Below are positions 35,421-48,297 of a stretch of DNA of 64,000 nt, piece after piece. Below the pieces are notes generated by a model that was not told where the DNA came from, did no database searches, and saw only the letters and a program-made list of their open reading frames with translations. Positions within the stretch are counted from its first letter, which is position 1. Each line of letters begins with the position of its first letter. The position numbers and the translations under genes are program-made. Location of the stretch: assembly GCF_001194135.2 (NCBI RefSeq), contig NC_068995.1, positions 36,828,777-36,892,776 on the forward strand. The letters are read 5' to 3'. The stretch is from Octopus bimaculoides. Taxonomy: Eukaryota.

Positions 35421-36479
35421 ACTTATTTGAGTCCTAGAATTCACACGATCAGTTATCCAGTTTCCACAGCATATGGATAGTCTGTCTGGTAACATTTTGG
35501 TAAATTCACTGTTAGTTTCAAGTTTCTTAGTAGCATTAAGCATGAGGTCATTGTTGTCACTGCTCATCTGTTTTGTAACTCCCAGAGCATTCTTGTGTTT
35601 GGCAGCAGGAGATGTGAGAGACATATTTCCATAGCATCACTGAAAAGATCATCACCATCATCATCATCATTATCATCATTTGACATCCGCATTCCACGTT
35701 GGCTTGGGTTAGATGGTTTGACTGGAACTGGTAAGCTGGAGAGCTGCAACAATTTCCAGTCTGGTTTGGTGCGGTTTCTACAGCTGGATGCCCTTCCTAA
35801 TGCCAACCACTCCAAAGAGTGTAAGGGAGTGCTTTTTATGTGCCACCAGCATTGGTGCCATTTACATGATACTGGCCACAACCATGATTAGGATTTCACA
35901 GGTGTCTTGTACAAGACACCAGCAGCGGCCACAACTACAATTTCATGGGTACCATTTACATGACACTGGCAAGGGCCATGACTACGATTTCACTTTAAGT
36001 CATTTATAAAAAGGAAGACTGCATTTAGTTACGAGCAAGATTTGAAATTGCACCCACAGAATTTGGTTTCTGTAGTGTTGCTTCTGATTATGCTGGTATG
36101 ATTCACCCATTAATGAAATGATGATACAGTTGATTTTAATGAATTTAAGTAAGAAGTGAAATATTTATGGGTGAAAGAATTTTGTCATAAGAAACATGGT
36201 CTGTTCTTTTATGATTCACTTCAAATGAATAGGAATATAATTGGCAATTAAAGAAATAATTGAAGAAATGTGTCTTTAAATAGAAATGCAATTTCAAGGC
36301 CAAAGAAAGAAAGATGCAAATGGTATTGCATATTGTGAGTGCTGGTTATGAAATTGAAGTGAAAGAAGATTTGGAAACATAAATGAAAAGGAAAGATTGA
36401 GAGCTTAGGGAATCTGAAACATGTGAAAACAGAAGGAGAGAAAGAGATAGAAAGGGTGAGAGGAAGATGAAGAAGAATG

Positions 36480-36517
<38 letters not shown>

Positions 36518-36768
36518 GGAGAGGGAAAGTCAGAAAAGCAGAAATGGAGTGGTTGAGATAGAGAGAAAAGAAAGAATGAAAGGGAATGATAAAAGGAAAG
36601 AAAATAGGGGTTGAAGAGCAAAAAACATAAAGGAAAAGGACAGTATAGAATGGACAAAGAGAGAGAGAGAGAGAGAGAGGTGGAATTTGAACTCAGAATG
36701 TGAGGAGGGATGAAATGCTGCTAAACATTTTGCCTGGTGTGCTAACAATTCTGCCAGCACATTACCTT

Positions 36769-36801
<33 letters not shown>

Positions 36802-36999
36802 CCTTTCTACTAAAGGCATAGGGTCTGAAATTTGGCAGGAGGTGACAAGTCAATTAGAATGACCCCAATGTTTCACTGGTACTTAATTTATCGACTCCGA
36901 AAGAATGAAAGGCAAAGTCGACCTCGGTGGAATTTAAACTTAGAACGTAAAGATGGGCAAAATACTGCTAAGCATTTTGTCCCGTGTGCTAACGATTCT

Positions 37000-37044
37000 G
37001 CCAGCTCAAAAATAATAATAACTATAATAATAATAATAATAATA

Positions 37045-37112
<68 letters not shown>
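37000..37112. repeat. Compound (AAT)n-(GAT)n microsatellite
   Basis: Read directly from the sequence. Confidence 0.95.
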
Positions 37113-37275
37113 ACTGCTGATGATGACAAGCAAGGTGATGAGAATAGCATCACTTGCTGCAGGTCAGTCTCTTAAAGCATCCCACACACTCACTCACACA
37201 CATATACCTTCACATATATATGTGCGGTATGTGTACATACAAATATAACAAGAAGAAAAAAAATCTATTTTTCAG

Positions 37276-37337
37276 ATGTTCATTCGATTTGGGAATGTGT
37301 ATCAGATTTCATTGAGAAACAAATGTCTCTTCACAAA
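37276..37337 (+). CDS. CCDC81: CCDC81 exon 2 (DVHSIWECVSDFIEKQMSLHK)
   Basis: tttttcag acceptor, GTAAGT donor; conserved motif. Confidence 0.92.
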
Positions 37338-38191
37338 GTAAGTAATTGTATTATTTTGATTATTTCTTTCTTTTCATTTCCCTCCATCTAGTTTTATATG
37401 ATTTATCTGACCCTAAGCCATCTCACCGATATTTCTAGATACATTTCATATTTCATTAATATTTCTTCTTCACCCATTGACTGCAGGAAACAGATATATC
37501 CACTCAAAATTTTATTACCATTAACTGCAGAAAGTGGTTTTACCCCACAGATTAAAAAAATATCTCTCCTTATGCTGTGAGAAGCAGAGAACCCCTCCTG
37601 TCTCTGACACTTTTTGCCAAAAACAATTCTTCAGATTTTCATAATTTTTTTTACATATTTCATTAAATATCTCTTTATAGAGCAGGAATCAAATACTTCT
37701 ACTCGCTGATATGAAAAATGTTTTTCAAGCAATAGCTGTATTTCTAGCAATAACTGCTTTTAGCACCCGCATTCACCATTAGTAACGATTAAATTTTATA
37801 TGTCCCACTGCATGACATCTTGGGCAAGTGTCTTCTACTATAGCCTTGGGCCGACCCCACCACACCTTTAACATTCATTTTTCCATGTTGGCATAAGTTG
37901 GCTACTTTGGCAGGAGATAGCAAGCCAGGAGACTATGCCAAACTCCAATGTCTGCTTTGGCATGGTTTCTATAACTGGATGTTCTTCCTAATGCCATCCA
38001 CTCTACAGAGTATATTGAGTGCTTTTTATCATATCAAATTTTTCATATCTCTTTGTTCTGAGTTCAAATTCTAATATATTTCAAATGGTCAGTTATTTGA
38101 AAATATTCAACTTAAGTTTGCCTTATCTGCTATATAAAATTTTTTTTTTTTTAAGTCTGTTTCATCTGCTATTCTCTTCTTATTTATTAAG

Positions 38192-38345
38192 GGTGTACAT
38201 ATCAGCGGGCTTGGTACATTCAGCTTCTCTCAGCAGAAAATAGATACAGGCAACAAGCAAATGTCCCTCAGTCGTCCTGTGTTTGTGTTTTCAGAGCGTC
38301 TAATTTCCTCCCTAGGTTTGACTTGCAGCAAACCCTACACTCCAG
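38192..38345 (+). CDS. CCDC81: CCDC81 exon 3 (GVHISGLGTFSFSQQKIDTGNKQMSLSRPVFVFSERLISSLGLTCSKPYTP)
   Basis: AG acceptor, CAG|GTAAGT donor; HU-like domain 1 motif. Confidence 0.93.
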
Positions 38346-38973
38346 GTAAGTATTTCTACCGAAGTAAAAATACAGGATTTCATTTTTCTCAACAAATCCA
38401 CTGCTTACCTAACAAATAGTGCTTTAGATAAGAGAGCATAGATGTTTAACTAGCAATTATGGTGAAGTCTTTGTATTGCTAACAAGGTCTATAAGACCGA
38501 AAATGTCAATAGTTGTCTCCCATACTTACTGAAATAATTAAAATGTTATTAGCCATTGAGAAAAAGAGAAAATTTGTCCTGCAGTTGGACACTTTTATTA
38601 TCATATTTCTGTTGAAATATGCTGCTTTTATTTGAATTAATTTGAAAAATAATGAAAAATATATCAAAGTAAGTTTGTCATTATTAAAGATGGTGTTTGA
38701 AACATAAACTAACATGAAATTTAGATGGAAGGTTTTAATTTATGGGAACTAAAAAACTGAAGGACCACTGCAATAAGTGTTTGCAACTGAGAGGGAATAT
38801 GCTAAATAAAATCGTAATTAACTAATCCACCTGTATTTTCTTTTACCCAAAGCCAAGAACTTTTCAGTACCCTCTTGTCAATCACTTTAAACCAAAATGT
38901 TTCTATTATATAACTAGGTGCAATCTCAAGTGGGTTGGTGCCAAAAAGGCTAGCAAATGTACTACTTTCTTTA

Positions 38974-39110
38974 TCTTAATATATAAAATCCGTTCTGTCT
39001 GTCTGCCTGTTTGTGCACTTATAACTCTAGTATTGTTAAGCCGATCGTGCTGAAATTTTAAGCATAGATACATGACAGAGTGGGGCGTTCCGTAATCTAA
39101 ATAACTGTTC
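38974..39110 (+). mobile_element. Possible non-autonomous Helitron 5' end
   Basis: A|TCTTAATATATAAAAT...tctgtctgtctgcctgtttgt...ccgatcgtgctgaaatttt resembles Lep1-type Helitron heads; no 3' hairpin-CTAG found. Confidence 0.4.
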
Positions 39111-41485
39111 AAAATAGTTAGTTTCAAGGTGAGAATCACCATTTTTGTAATCTTTCTGTCCTGTTTGTTCCACCATTAAAATCAACCAGTTGCTCAGACA
39201 GCCGGCACATACCATTTCGCTAGCAACAAGGGGAGCACAGGATGACAGTCAGCCAAAACCGTCGCTATGCTGTCTCTCTTATGACGTCTAATTCCACTTG
39301 AAGTTGTATATATATATTGTGTTAAGATTTGTTATCAATCAATTATCCTTATTGAGAAGAAAGAGTCAAAAGTAACCACGACATAGAATCACCAAACATC
39401 TCCACTACTTAACACTGTCCAAGTTAACCCTCTTCATCTTTACAGCTGACATGAAAAGCTATGCAAAAAAGAGAAAAAAATTGATTGCTATTAAAACGCG
39501 TAAAATTTTGGGGTTAATAATCTTAATCTTTAGTTACAGTTTCTCATTCAAACTACATAATAGGCAGAATTGACGAATTAAGACAGTGTTTTGAGGGAGA
39601 TTTGGATGCTATTTCTACCAGGTCTAGCTACCATGTAGAGGTCTCCCTCATTGGCTCATACATACATATATACATAAAATCGAAATAAAATACTTAAAGT
39701 AACCTTCATCAAATACAAAAGCCAAGGTCCATGCAGTGTCATGGGCCAAAAAAATTTCCAACTTCTTGCCTAATGCGAGCCCAGAGTAATTTCTTATCTC
39801 TTACACTATTTCAGTATTATGTCTCTATTGTAATGTGAGATAATACTTTCAGTTTGAAAGAAGTTTGTCCAATATATGTATATTCCTTATGCATTCCAAA
39901 ACCGAGTTCCAGATTTTGACGTATGGGGTATCAAAAGATTCAGTACTATTTCAGCTACAAATTAGACTTAATTTCCATTCACATATTTGCATTTCAAAAA
40001 TTTAACATTATAATCTTTTCCATAAATCAACTATCGTAAACATGTTATACGATGACGTCACATTTTCTATATGTGTGTGTACCTTAAAAGACATCGATCA
40101 TCACAACACACACCTTCACTCACACACTCTATGTCCCTTTTCACTCTCTTTCTCACACATACGCACACACACACGCGGACACACATGTGTACACACACAC
40201 ACGTCCGTTTCATATAGACATACATACATCTTTCACTTTCTTTCTCTGTTCTTCTCACTTTCTTTCTCTCTTCTTTTCACTTTCTCTTCTTTCAATTTCT
40301 GCTCCCTTCAAATAAATTTTTATGGAATGAGTGGGAGAAACACAGAAAAGACGTAATCTCTCCAGAAACAAGTATAAAGCAAGGAGGATTGTAGAAAACC
40401 GAAGGCAAGAGTCTGAAGAGAGATGACGACCCGGGCGGGGGAGGACTTTTGGAAAATTCACAAGATCCAATTTTTCCATAACTTCTGATAAAATGGATAT
40501 ATATTNNNNNNNNNNNNNNNNNNNNNNNNNNNNNNNNNNNNNNNNNNNNNNNNNNNNNNNNNNNNNNNNNNNNNNNNNNNNNNNNNNNNNNNNNNNNNNN
40601 NNNNNNNNNNNNNNNNNNNNNNNNNNNNNNNNNNNNNNNNNNNNNNNNNNNNNNNNNNNNNNNNNNNNNNNNNNNNNNNNNNNNNNNNNNNNNNNNNNNN
40701 NNNNNNNNNNNNNNNNNNNNNNNNNNNNNNNNNNNNNNNNNNNNNNNNNNNNNNNNNNNNNNNNNNNNNNNNNNNNNNNNNNNNNNNNNNNNNNNNNNNN
40801 NNNNNNNNNNNNNNNNNNNNNNNNNNNNNNNNNNNNNNNNNNNNNNNNNNNNNNNNNNNNNNNNNNNNNNNNNNNNNNNNNNNNNNNNNNNNNNNNNNNN
40901 NNNNNNNNNNNNNNNNNNNNNNNNNNNNNNNNNNNNNNNNNNNNNNNNNNNNNNNNNNNNNNNNNNNNNNNNNNNNNNNNNNNNNNNNNNNNNNNNNNNN
41001 NNNNNNNNNNNNNNNNNNNNNNNNNNNNNNNNNNNNNNNNNNNNNNNNNNNNNNNNNNNNNNNNNNNNNNNNNNNNNNNNNNNNNNNNNNNNNNNNNNNN
41101 NNNNNNNNNNNNNNNNNNNNNNNNNNNNNNNNNNNNNNNNNNNNNNNNNNNNNNNNNNNNNNNNNNNNNNNNNNNNNNNNNNNNNNNNNNNNNNNNNNNN
41201 NNNNNNNNNNNNNNNNNNNNNNNNNNNNNNNNNNNNNNNNNNNNNNNNNNNNNNNNNNNNNNNNNNNNNNNNNNNNNNNNNNNNNNNNNNNNNNNNNNNN
41301 NNNNNNNNNNNNNNNNNNNNNNNNNNNNNNNNNNNNNNNNNNNNNNNNNNNNNNNNNNNNNNNNNNNNNNNNNNNNNNNNNNNNNNNNNNNNNNNNNNNN
41401 NNNNNNNNNNNNNNNNNNNNNNNNNNNNNNNNNNNNNNNNNNNNNNNNNNNNNNNNNNNNNNNNNNNNNNNNNNNNNNNNNNNNN

Positions 41486-41859
41486 GTTGTTGGCACTCCG
41501 TCGCTTACGACGTTGTGGGTTGCAGTTGATCCGATCAACGGAACAGCCTGCTCGTGAAATTAACGAGCAAGTGGCTGAGCACTCCACAGACACCTGTACC
41601 CTTAACGTAGTTCTCGGGGATATTCAGCGTGACAAGGCTGACCCTTTGAATTACAGGCACAACAGAAACAGGAAGTAAGAGAGAGAGAAAGTTGTGGTGA
41701 AAGAGTACAGCAGGGTTCGCCACCATCCCCTGCCGGAGCCTCGTGGAACTTTAGGTGTTTTCGCTCAATAAACACTCACAACGCCCGGTCTGGGAATCGA
41801 AACCGCGATCCTACGACCACGAGACCACTGCCCTAAACACTGGGCCATTGCGCCTCCAC
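41486..41859 (-). mobile_element. SINE family D copy
   Basis: Collinear with 20026-20407. Confidence 0.88.
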
Positions 41860-42120
41860 ATTTGTTTTTTACATAATTGTTAACACCCAGCAGGCTGATA
41901 TTTTTTTTTGTTCATGGGTGAAGATTTTTATATTGACCCCTCTGGATTACAATGACGAGAAATAAATATATTAGTGGTTTGTGAATAAATAGCAAATGGT
42001 GTAATCGATTTGGCATGTCTTCAGTCAAAATTCAAGATCTTACTTCTTCCTACTTGTTATTATTGCACTAGATTTTTTCTTCTTTCCAAAACCTGATTCT
42101 CTTCAACTGTTCTTTTGTAG

Positions 42121-42377
42121 GTAATATACATATTGTGAGCATGAATTATGCCACAATTGCATTTGAGACTAATTTCTCCAGAGATGTTGCTGAAAATTGT
42201 GTTAAAGAATTACTGTCTGCATTTTATCGAGCAATAAATAATGAAAAAAATGTCGATCTTATTTTCAACAAAATTGGTCGGCTGTCTGTGAGAAGAAAGA
42301 AGTGCAAAATGAAATTCTACAAACAATTCATTGAACTCTTTGACAAATCTGGTTCACTTGTGCAGGCAATGCAACAG
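42121..42377 (+). CDS. CCDC81: CCDC81 exon 4 (HU-like domain 2; GNIHIVSMNYATIAFETNFSRDVAENCVKE...SGSLVQAMQQ)
   Basis: ttcttttgtag acceptor, CAG|GTAAGT donor; lies within ORF 42135-42386. Confidence 0.95.
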
Positions 42378-42599
42378 GTAAGTTAATACATGCACACACA
42401 CTCACACACTTACATATGTAGCATGATATACATATATGTTGTCGTTTGGTTTAGGCTTAAAAGTTCAAAGTGGACTAAACCTTTCATACCCCACCAAACA
42501 GATAACAACATTTTATGTAGGTAAAGACCTTCTTTAGCCTGGGGTGCCGGTGTTTCTCCTTTCCCTACCCACTGTCTTCGGTGCTTGACATTTTTATAG

Positions 42600-42870
42600 A
42601 GAACCCATTTCTAGTCACCAGTCAAAAAACCCATTTCTAGTCACCAGTCATACGGTCCAAAAAAGGTTCATTTGTGAGATGTGACAGCAAAGAGCACATA
42701 TTCACTTTCTGTGAGTGATTAGACTTGGAAAGTTTGTGAGGAACCCATTGACCCAATTTGCTGACTTTTCCGATGGCACACAGGTGTTGAGGAGTGGTTG
42801 AATGACCAAATCCAAGCTTCTCTGCTAGTTCCTCAACGGTTACAATGGGATTTTGTTCCACCAGGTAAAA
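42600..42870 (-). mobile_element. Mariner fragment of the same family as 22818-23386
   Basis: EQNPIVTVEELAEKLGFGHST...KLGQWVPHKL; short tandem duplication at 42602-42650. Confidence 0.85.
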
Positions 42871-43032
42871 TTACTACCTGCTTTTATAGCAAGTTGATGC
42901 TGGTAGTTTATCCCATCCCCCTCAGACTTTTAGTTCATGCAATTGAAAAAACTGCATTATTTATGAGATGACCCTATATATTTGTGCGTGCGTGTATTAT
43001 CAGTACGTATACATGTATACATACATACAGAC

Positions 43033-43063
<31 letters not shown>

Positions 43064-43079
43064 TATAGATACATACATA

Positions 43080-43239
43080 CATAGGTACCTTTTGGTTATC
43101 TCACTCCCATTAAAAAATTGCTGTTAAAAACCTGCGTTAGCTCCTCACTAGTTGAGTTTATGTGGTGACAAGAGATTGAATTAAAAGAGTTTGATAACCC
43201 AATTTTTTAAATGGGGTGAGATAACCAAAAAGTACCCCG
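43080..43239. mobile_element. 160-bp MITE with about 40-bp TIRs, TA-flanked
   Basis: ggtaccttttggttatctcactcccattaaaaaattg vs caattttttaaatggggtgagataaccaaaaagtacc. Confidence 0.75.
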
Positions 43240-43449
43240 TATTTCTCCTAATGGTGTGGCAGCCTCTAATAAACTGACACCCAAACGCTGATCAACTGAA
43301 ATTGCATGACTGTCACTATATTAAAAAATGCACGATAAAATCAATGATGATTGTCATATTTGTTTATTATCACATGGAGAGATACTGAACAGCAGCACGT
43401 ATATTTTAAGCTGTACTATAAAGAAATATATTAAAAAAAATATTAATAA

Positions 43450-46400
43450 TGTAGTGGTAAGTGTGGCCGCCATCTTGGGAAGTGCCATTGCGCATGTGCA
43501 AGGGATTTGCCGTCAGCGGAAGTACCCGAGCACGCATGCGCAATGCAACAGGTGGAGAAAAAGCAATAGCGTTCGCTCTCCAGCAGCGGTGGCGACAACA
43601 CGTATCTCTTTTCCATGCAACAGCTGTGGCGACAGGACGTCTTCCAGGCCCTCTGACAATTCGACCCCAACATGTGGTCGAAGCTTCTTTGGTATTCTAG
43701 CGGCATGCCTGTTCACCCAGGAACGAAACGGCTCTACACCAACCTAGAATAAACTATTGATCTGTTGTTACCGTTATCCCTCGTGTTGTTGTATTTCTGA
43801 ATTTTAATGATTAATATAAGAAATGTGGAGAGATGGCTGAGCCATCATATCTCACCCAATTCTTATAACTGGTGACCCCCGACGTGATAACGGAATTATC
43901 TCTCAAACAACTCGTAAAAAAAAATGAAGAGACGACGGAAAAAAACAAACAAAAAAACAACACAAGAGACGAGGGAATGGAANNNNNNNNNNNNNNNNNN
44001 NNNNNNNNNNNNNNNNNNNNNNNNNNNNNNNNNNNNNNNNNNNNNNNNNNNNNNNNNNNNNNNNNNNNNNNNNNNNNNNNNNNNNNNNNNNNNNNNNNNN
44101 NNNNNNNNNNNNNNNNNNNNNNNNNNNNNNNNNNNNNNNNNNNNNNNNNNNNNNNNNNNNNNNNNNNNNNNNNNNNNNNNNNNNNNNNNNNNNNNNNNNN
44201 NNNNNNNNNNNNNNNNNNNNNNNNNNNNNNNNNNNNNNNNNNNNNNNNNNNNNNNNNNNNNNNNNNNNNNNNNNNNNNNNNNNNNNNNNNNNNNNNNNNN
44301 NNNNNNNNNNNNNNNNNNNNNNNNNNNNNNNNNNNNNNNNNNNNNNNNNNNNNNNNNNNNNNNNNNNNNNNNNNNNNNNNNNNNNNNNNNNNNNNNNNNN
44401 NNNNNNNNNNNNNNNNNNNNNNNNNNTACATAAAAATCTTTGCCTGTATTGTTTTTTTCCCTTGCAGCAACGACGTAAGGTTGGTCAACAATATTTTTTT
44501 CTACAGACAGTACAAAGCAACACCTTCTGAGGTCTAGCCGCTGACCACAGAGCACACAGCCAGTTTCAGCGACGACATGACAATAGCCTCATGGAGACCC
44601 AACATTTCGTTCAGCAGCTTACGGACCTCCAGCTTCTTAGGGTCAACACCAACTTCTTGCTATGTACACAGCAACCAACAGTACTCGCATAAGTTCTATC
44701 TCAACACTGTTTGTGAATTATTTCACCATGGTTAACAGCGAATACAACCTGCGAGAACTCCTGTATCAAGTAACCGGCAGCAGCATTAAAGCCACAACCT
44801 CTCACGAAATGTGCCTCTCCTCTGGCTCTGTTACGCACCTCAACTACTGTGTACCTTAACTACGAACTGGTATTTACTATCCTTGTGTCTGGACTTTCTT
44901 CTAACGCCCTTATAGACTCTTTTCTATGCTCTGTATTACTTGCACACACATGCATCCATGTTTGTATACACATACACTTTGTTTACATGACGGCCTGCCT
45001 ATTATTGTGTTTATATGTCACACTCACAAACAGAAAAAAAAAGCAAACCATTGTTTTTTTGTTTTACGAACATTTTTCTCTCTCTCTCCTATGCACACAT
45101 GGTTCCACAATCTTTTCCAAGATTGATCTGGTTCGCGCTTATCACCAGATTCCANNNNNNNNNNNNNNNNNNNNNNNNNNNNNNNNNNNNNNNNNNNNNN
45201 NNNNNNNNNNNNNNNNNNNNNNNNNNNNNNNNNNNNNNNNNNNNNNNNNNNNNNNNNNNNNNNNNNNNNNNNNNNNNNNNNNNNNNNNNNNNNNNNNNNN
45301 NNNNNNNNNNNNNNNNNNNNNNNNNNNNNNNNNNNNNNNNNNNNNNNNNNNNNNNNNNNNNNNNNNNNNNNNNNNNNNNNNNNNNNNNNNNNNNNNNNNN
45401 NNNNNNNNNNNNNNNNNNNNNNNNNNNNNNNNNNNNNNNNNNNNNNNNNNNNNNNNNNNNNNNNNNNNNNNNNNNNNNNNNNNNNNNNNNNNNNNNNNNN
45501 NNNNNNNNNNNNNNNNNNNNNNNNNNNNNNNNNNNNNNNNNNNNNNNNNNNNNNNNNNNNNNNNNNNNNNNNNNNNNNNNNNNNNNNNNNNNNNNNNNNN
45601 NNNNNNNNNNNNNNNNNNNNNNNNNNNNNNNNNNNNNNNNNNNNNNNNNNNNNNNNNNNNNNNNNNNNNNNNNNNNNNNNNNNNNNNNNNNNNNNNNNNN
45701 NNNNNNNNNNNNNNNNNNNNNNNNNNNNNNNNNNNNNNNNNNNNNNNNNNNNNNNNNNNNNNNNNNNNNNNNNNNNNNNNNNNNNNNNNNNNNNNNNNNN
45801 NNNNNNNNNNNNNNNNNNNNNNNNNNNNNNNNNNNNNNNNNNNNNNNNNNNNNNNNNNNNNNNNNNNNNNNNNNNNNNNNNNNNNNNNNNNNNNNNNNNN
45901 NNNNNNNNNNNNNNNNNNNNNNNNNNNNNNNNNNNNNNNNNNNNNNNNNNNNNNNNNNNNNNNNNNNNNNNNNNNNNNNNNNNNNNNNNCAGTGCATTGG
46001 CCAAAGAACTTTCCAACACAATATACATTTGACATTTTTGTGCCACCGGCATTTCATTTCTCTGTACAAACAAACATTGTTTTTCTTCCATTTTTGTGCA
46101 CAGTAACGTGCTAAAAGAAAATATGTACACATTACAGATTGTTTCAACCTTGCATACACATTTGCTCACGCCAACACCTTCGTTGCAACTTTCTTTCACA
46201 CAGACCCTTTATCTCTAGGTCTGGCTGAACTTTTCATGTTGAACAGAACTTTTGGCATAGTTTCAATACAAGTTCTCTATATGTCAAATCATCCACGTGT
46301 CTTTGTTTACATCAATTCGGCAATTTCCGTAAAAGAAAGGGAAAGGACGTTAGTCAGTGACGAACTTTTTTCTTACTTACATCGTGTCGGATGCAAAAGT

Positions 46401-46858
46401 GTTGCTTCCATTACTGCATCCTACACAGCATTGCTTTGCAAATTTATTTCCCCATCTTGGGAAGTGCCATTGCACATGTGCAAGGGATTTGCCGTCAGCG
46501 GAAGTACCCGAGCACGCATGCGCAATGCAACAGACGGAGAAAAAGCAATAGCGTTCGCTCTCTTTTCTCTCTAGCAGCGGTGGTGACAACACGTATCTCT
46601 TTTCCATCCAGCAGTTGTGGCGACAGGACGTCTTCCAGGCTCTCTGACAACTCGACGCCGACATGTGGTCGAAACTTCTTTGGTATTCTAGCGGCATGCC
46701 TGTTCACCCAGGAACAAAACGCCTCTACACCAACCTAGAATAAACTATTGATCTGTTGTTACCGTTATCCCTCGTGTTGTTGTATTTCTGAATTTTAATG
46801 ATTAATATAAGAACTGGGGAGAGATGGCTGAGCCATCATATCTCATCCAATTCTTATA
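43450..46858 (+). mobile_element. Gypsy/Ty3 LTR retrotransposon, degraded and gapped: 5' LTR 43450-43867, PBS 43870-43888, RT fragment 45098-45154, 3' LTR shared part 46452-46858
   Basis: About 400-bp direct repeats roughly 95% identical by hand count; PBS TGGTGACCCC(C)GACGTGAT complementary to the tRNA-Trp 3' end; HGSTIFSKIDLVRAYHQIP is a Gypsy RT motif; candidate 4-bp TSD ATAA. Confidence 0.88.
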
Positions 46859-47264
46859 ATAATATTAATTTTTAGAAAATCATTAGCAAAATCTAAAATG
46901 ACATACCATGCAATGAAGAGAAGGTGAAAATGAGTAAGACAAAATTCTCGAAGACAGCTGCATGCCAAACTATCACCCATTCGTTGATGATGATTGAAAA
47001 TTAACTAATAAAATGCCATTGCCACACAAATGGCTACGGCCCCCTTACACTTTCATTTGCATCCTAGGTATATATTATCGGATAGACAGTAGACTCGACT
47101 ATAACATTCTGTTGTCAGTCACTGCATGCCTGACAGATTTAACATTAATATTCCCTAGTATTGCATATACTTCTAAAGCTTCTATATCTAACTATACTTC
47201 GATATGTAACTAATACCTGCTAAATCACAATACTAGATAGTTTTTGATTTTTTTCTTCCTTCAG

Positions 47265-47335
47265 CGTTTCGACACACCAGATTCTGTGGTAACAGAGAGA
47301 TCTCAAGTAAAGTCCAGTCAAATTGTCCTTCCAGG
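47265..47335 (+). CDS. CCDC81: CCDC81 exon 5 (RFDTPDSVVTERSQVKSSQIVLP)
   Basis: Strong pyrimidine tract plus CAG, GTAAGT donor; resembles CCDC81 'RPGTVDSV'. Confidence 0.85.
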
Positions 47336-47466
47336 GTAAGTATATTTTAAACTAAAATTATAACTTATTTACTCTTCATATCTTTGTTGTATATCTTATC
47401 TTTTATTTATTACTAGTTCAAACCTGTCACTAAGTTGCTGGATAAAAATATTTCTAAATCATGCAC

Positions 47467-47846
47467 AGGTGCAGGAGTGACTGCATGGTAAGTAGCTTGC
47501 TTACCAACCACATGGTTCAGGGTTCAGTCTCACTGTGTGGCACCTTGGGCAAGTGTCTTCTTCTATAGCCTCGGGCTGACCAAAGCCTTGTAAGCGGATT
47601 TGGTAGATAGAAACTGAAAGAAGCCTATTGTATATATATATGTGTGTGTGTCTGTGTTTGTCACTCCACCATCACTTGACAACCGATGTTGGTGTGTTTA
47701 TGTCCCCATAACTTAGCAGTTTGGCAAAAGATACCGACAGAATAAGTACTAGGCTTACAAAGTCCTGGGGTCGATTTGTTCGACTAAAGATGGTGCTCCA
47801 GCATGGCCGCAGTCAGATGACTGAAGCAAAATAAATGAATAAAAGA
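47467..47846 (+). mobile_element. tRNA-head SINE 'family B', full copy (others: 29288-29692 +; 26846-27253, 30810-31272 and 6705-7083 -; many partial copies)
   Basis: Head GGCTGTGTGGTAAG...GGTTCAGTC (A/B-box-like), central (TA/TG)n, 3' tail ...CAAGTAAAAGA; multi-copy. Confidence 0.85.
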
Positions 47847-48297
47847 ACACCTTCATAAATTGTGCAAATAATGTTTAGATTGACTTTCTTGGTGAACATT
47901 AGTAACAGTTTGAATACTGTTGAACAATGTTTATTTAGAATACTTTTCTTCATATTCTATGGAATAAGTATATTCATTAAAGAATATCTCATGCTATAAC
48001 TTCAAGATANNNNNNNNNNNNNNNNNNNNNNNNNNNNNNNNNNNNNNNNNNNNNNNNNNNNNNNNNNNNNNNNNNNNNNNNNNNNNNNNNNNNNNNNNNN
48101 NNNNNNNNNNNNNNNNNNNNNNNNNNNNNNNNNNNNNNNNNNNNNNNNNNNNNNNNNNNNNNNNNNNNNNNNNNNNNNNNNNNNNNNNNNNNNNNNNNNN
48201 NNNNNNNNNNNNNNNNNNNNNNNNNNNNNNNNNNNNNNNNNNNNNNNNNNNNNNNNNNNNNNNNNNNNNNNNNNNNNNNNNNNNNNNNNNNNNNNNN

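Noticed and set aside
16515-37248. ORFs with poly-I, poly-M, YI/CV or HT repeats (e.g. 16515, 18254, 19058, 26405, 26672, 27024, 36832)
   Set aside because: These are translations of (TA)n, (ATT)n, (GAT)n and (CA)n microsatellites
39428-39513. TTAA-CCCT...GGGG-TTAA piggyBac-like mini element
   Set aside because: Only 3-4 bp of terminal complementarity; not distinguishable from chance in AT-rich DNA
40053-40060. TGACGTCA CRE palindrome in CCDC81 intron 3
   Set aside because: A single 8-mer with no supporting context is expected by chance at this scale
43328-46738. Paired ORFs 43328/46391, 43443/46377 and 43513/46495 that look like duplicated genes
   Set aside because: They lie within the two LTRs, and an indel between copies breaks the frames
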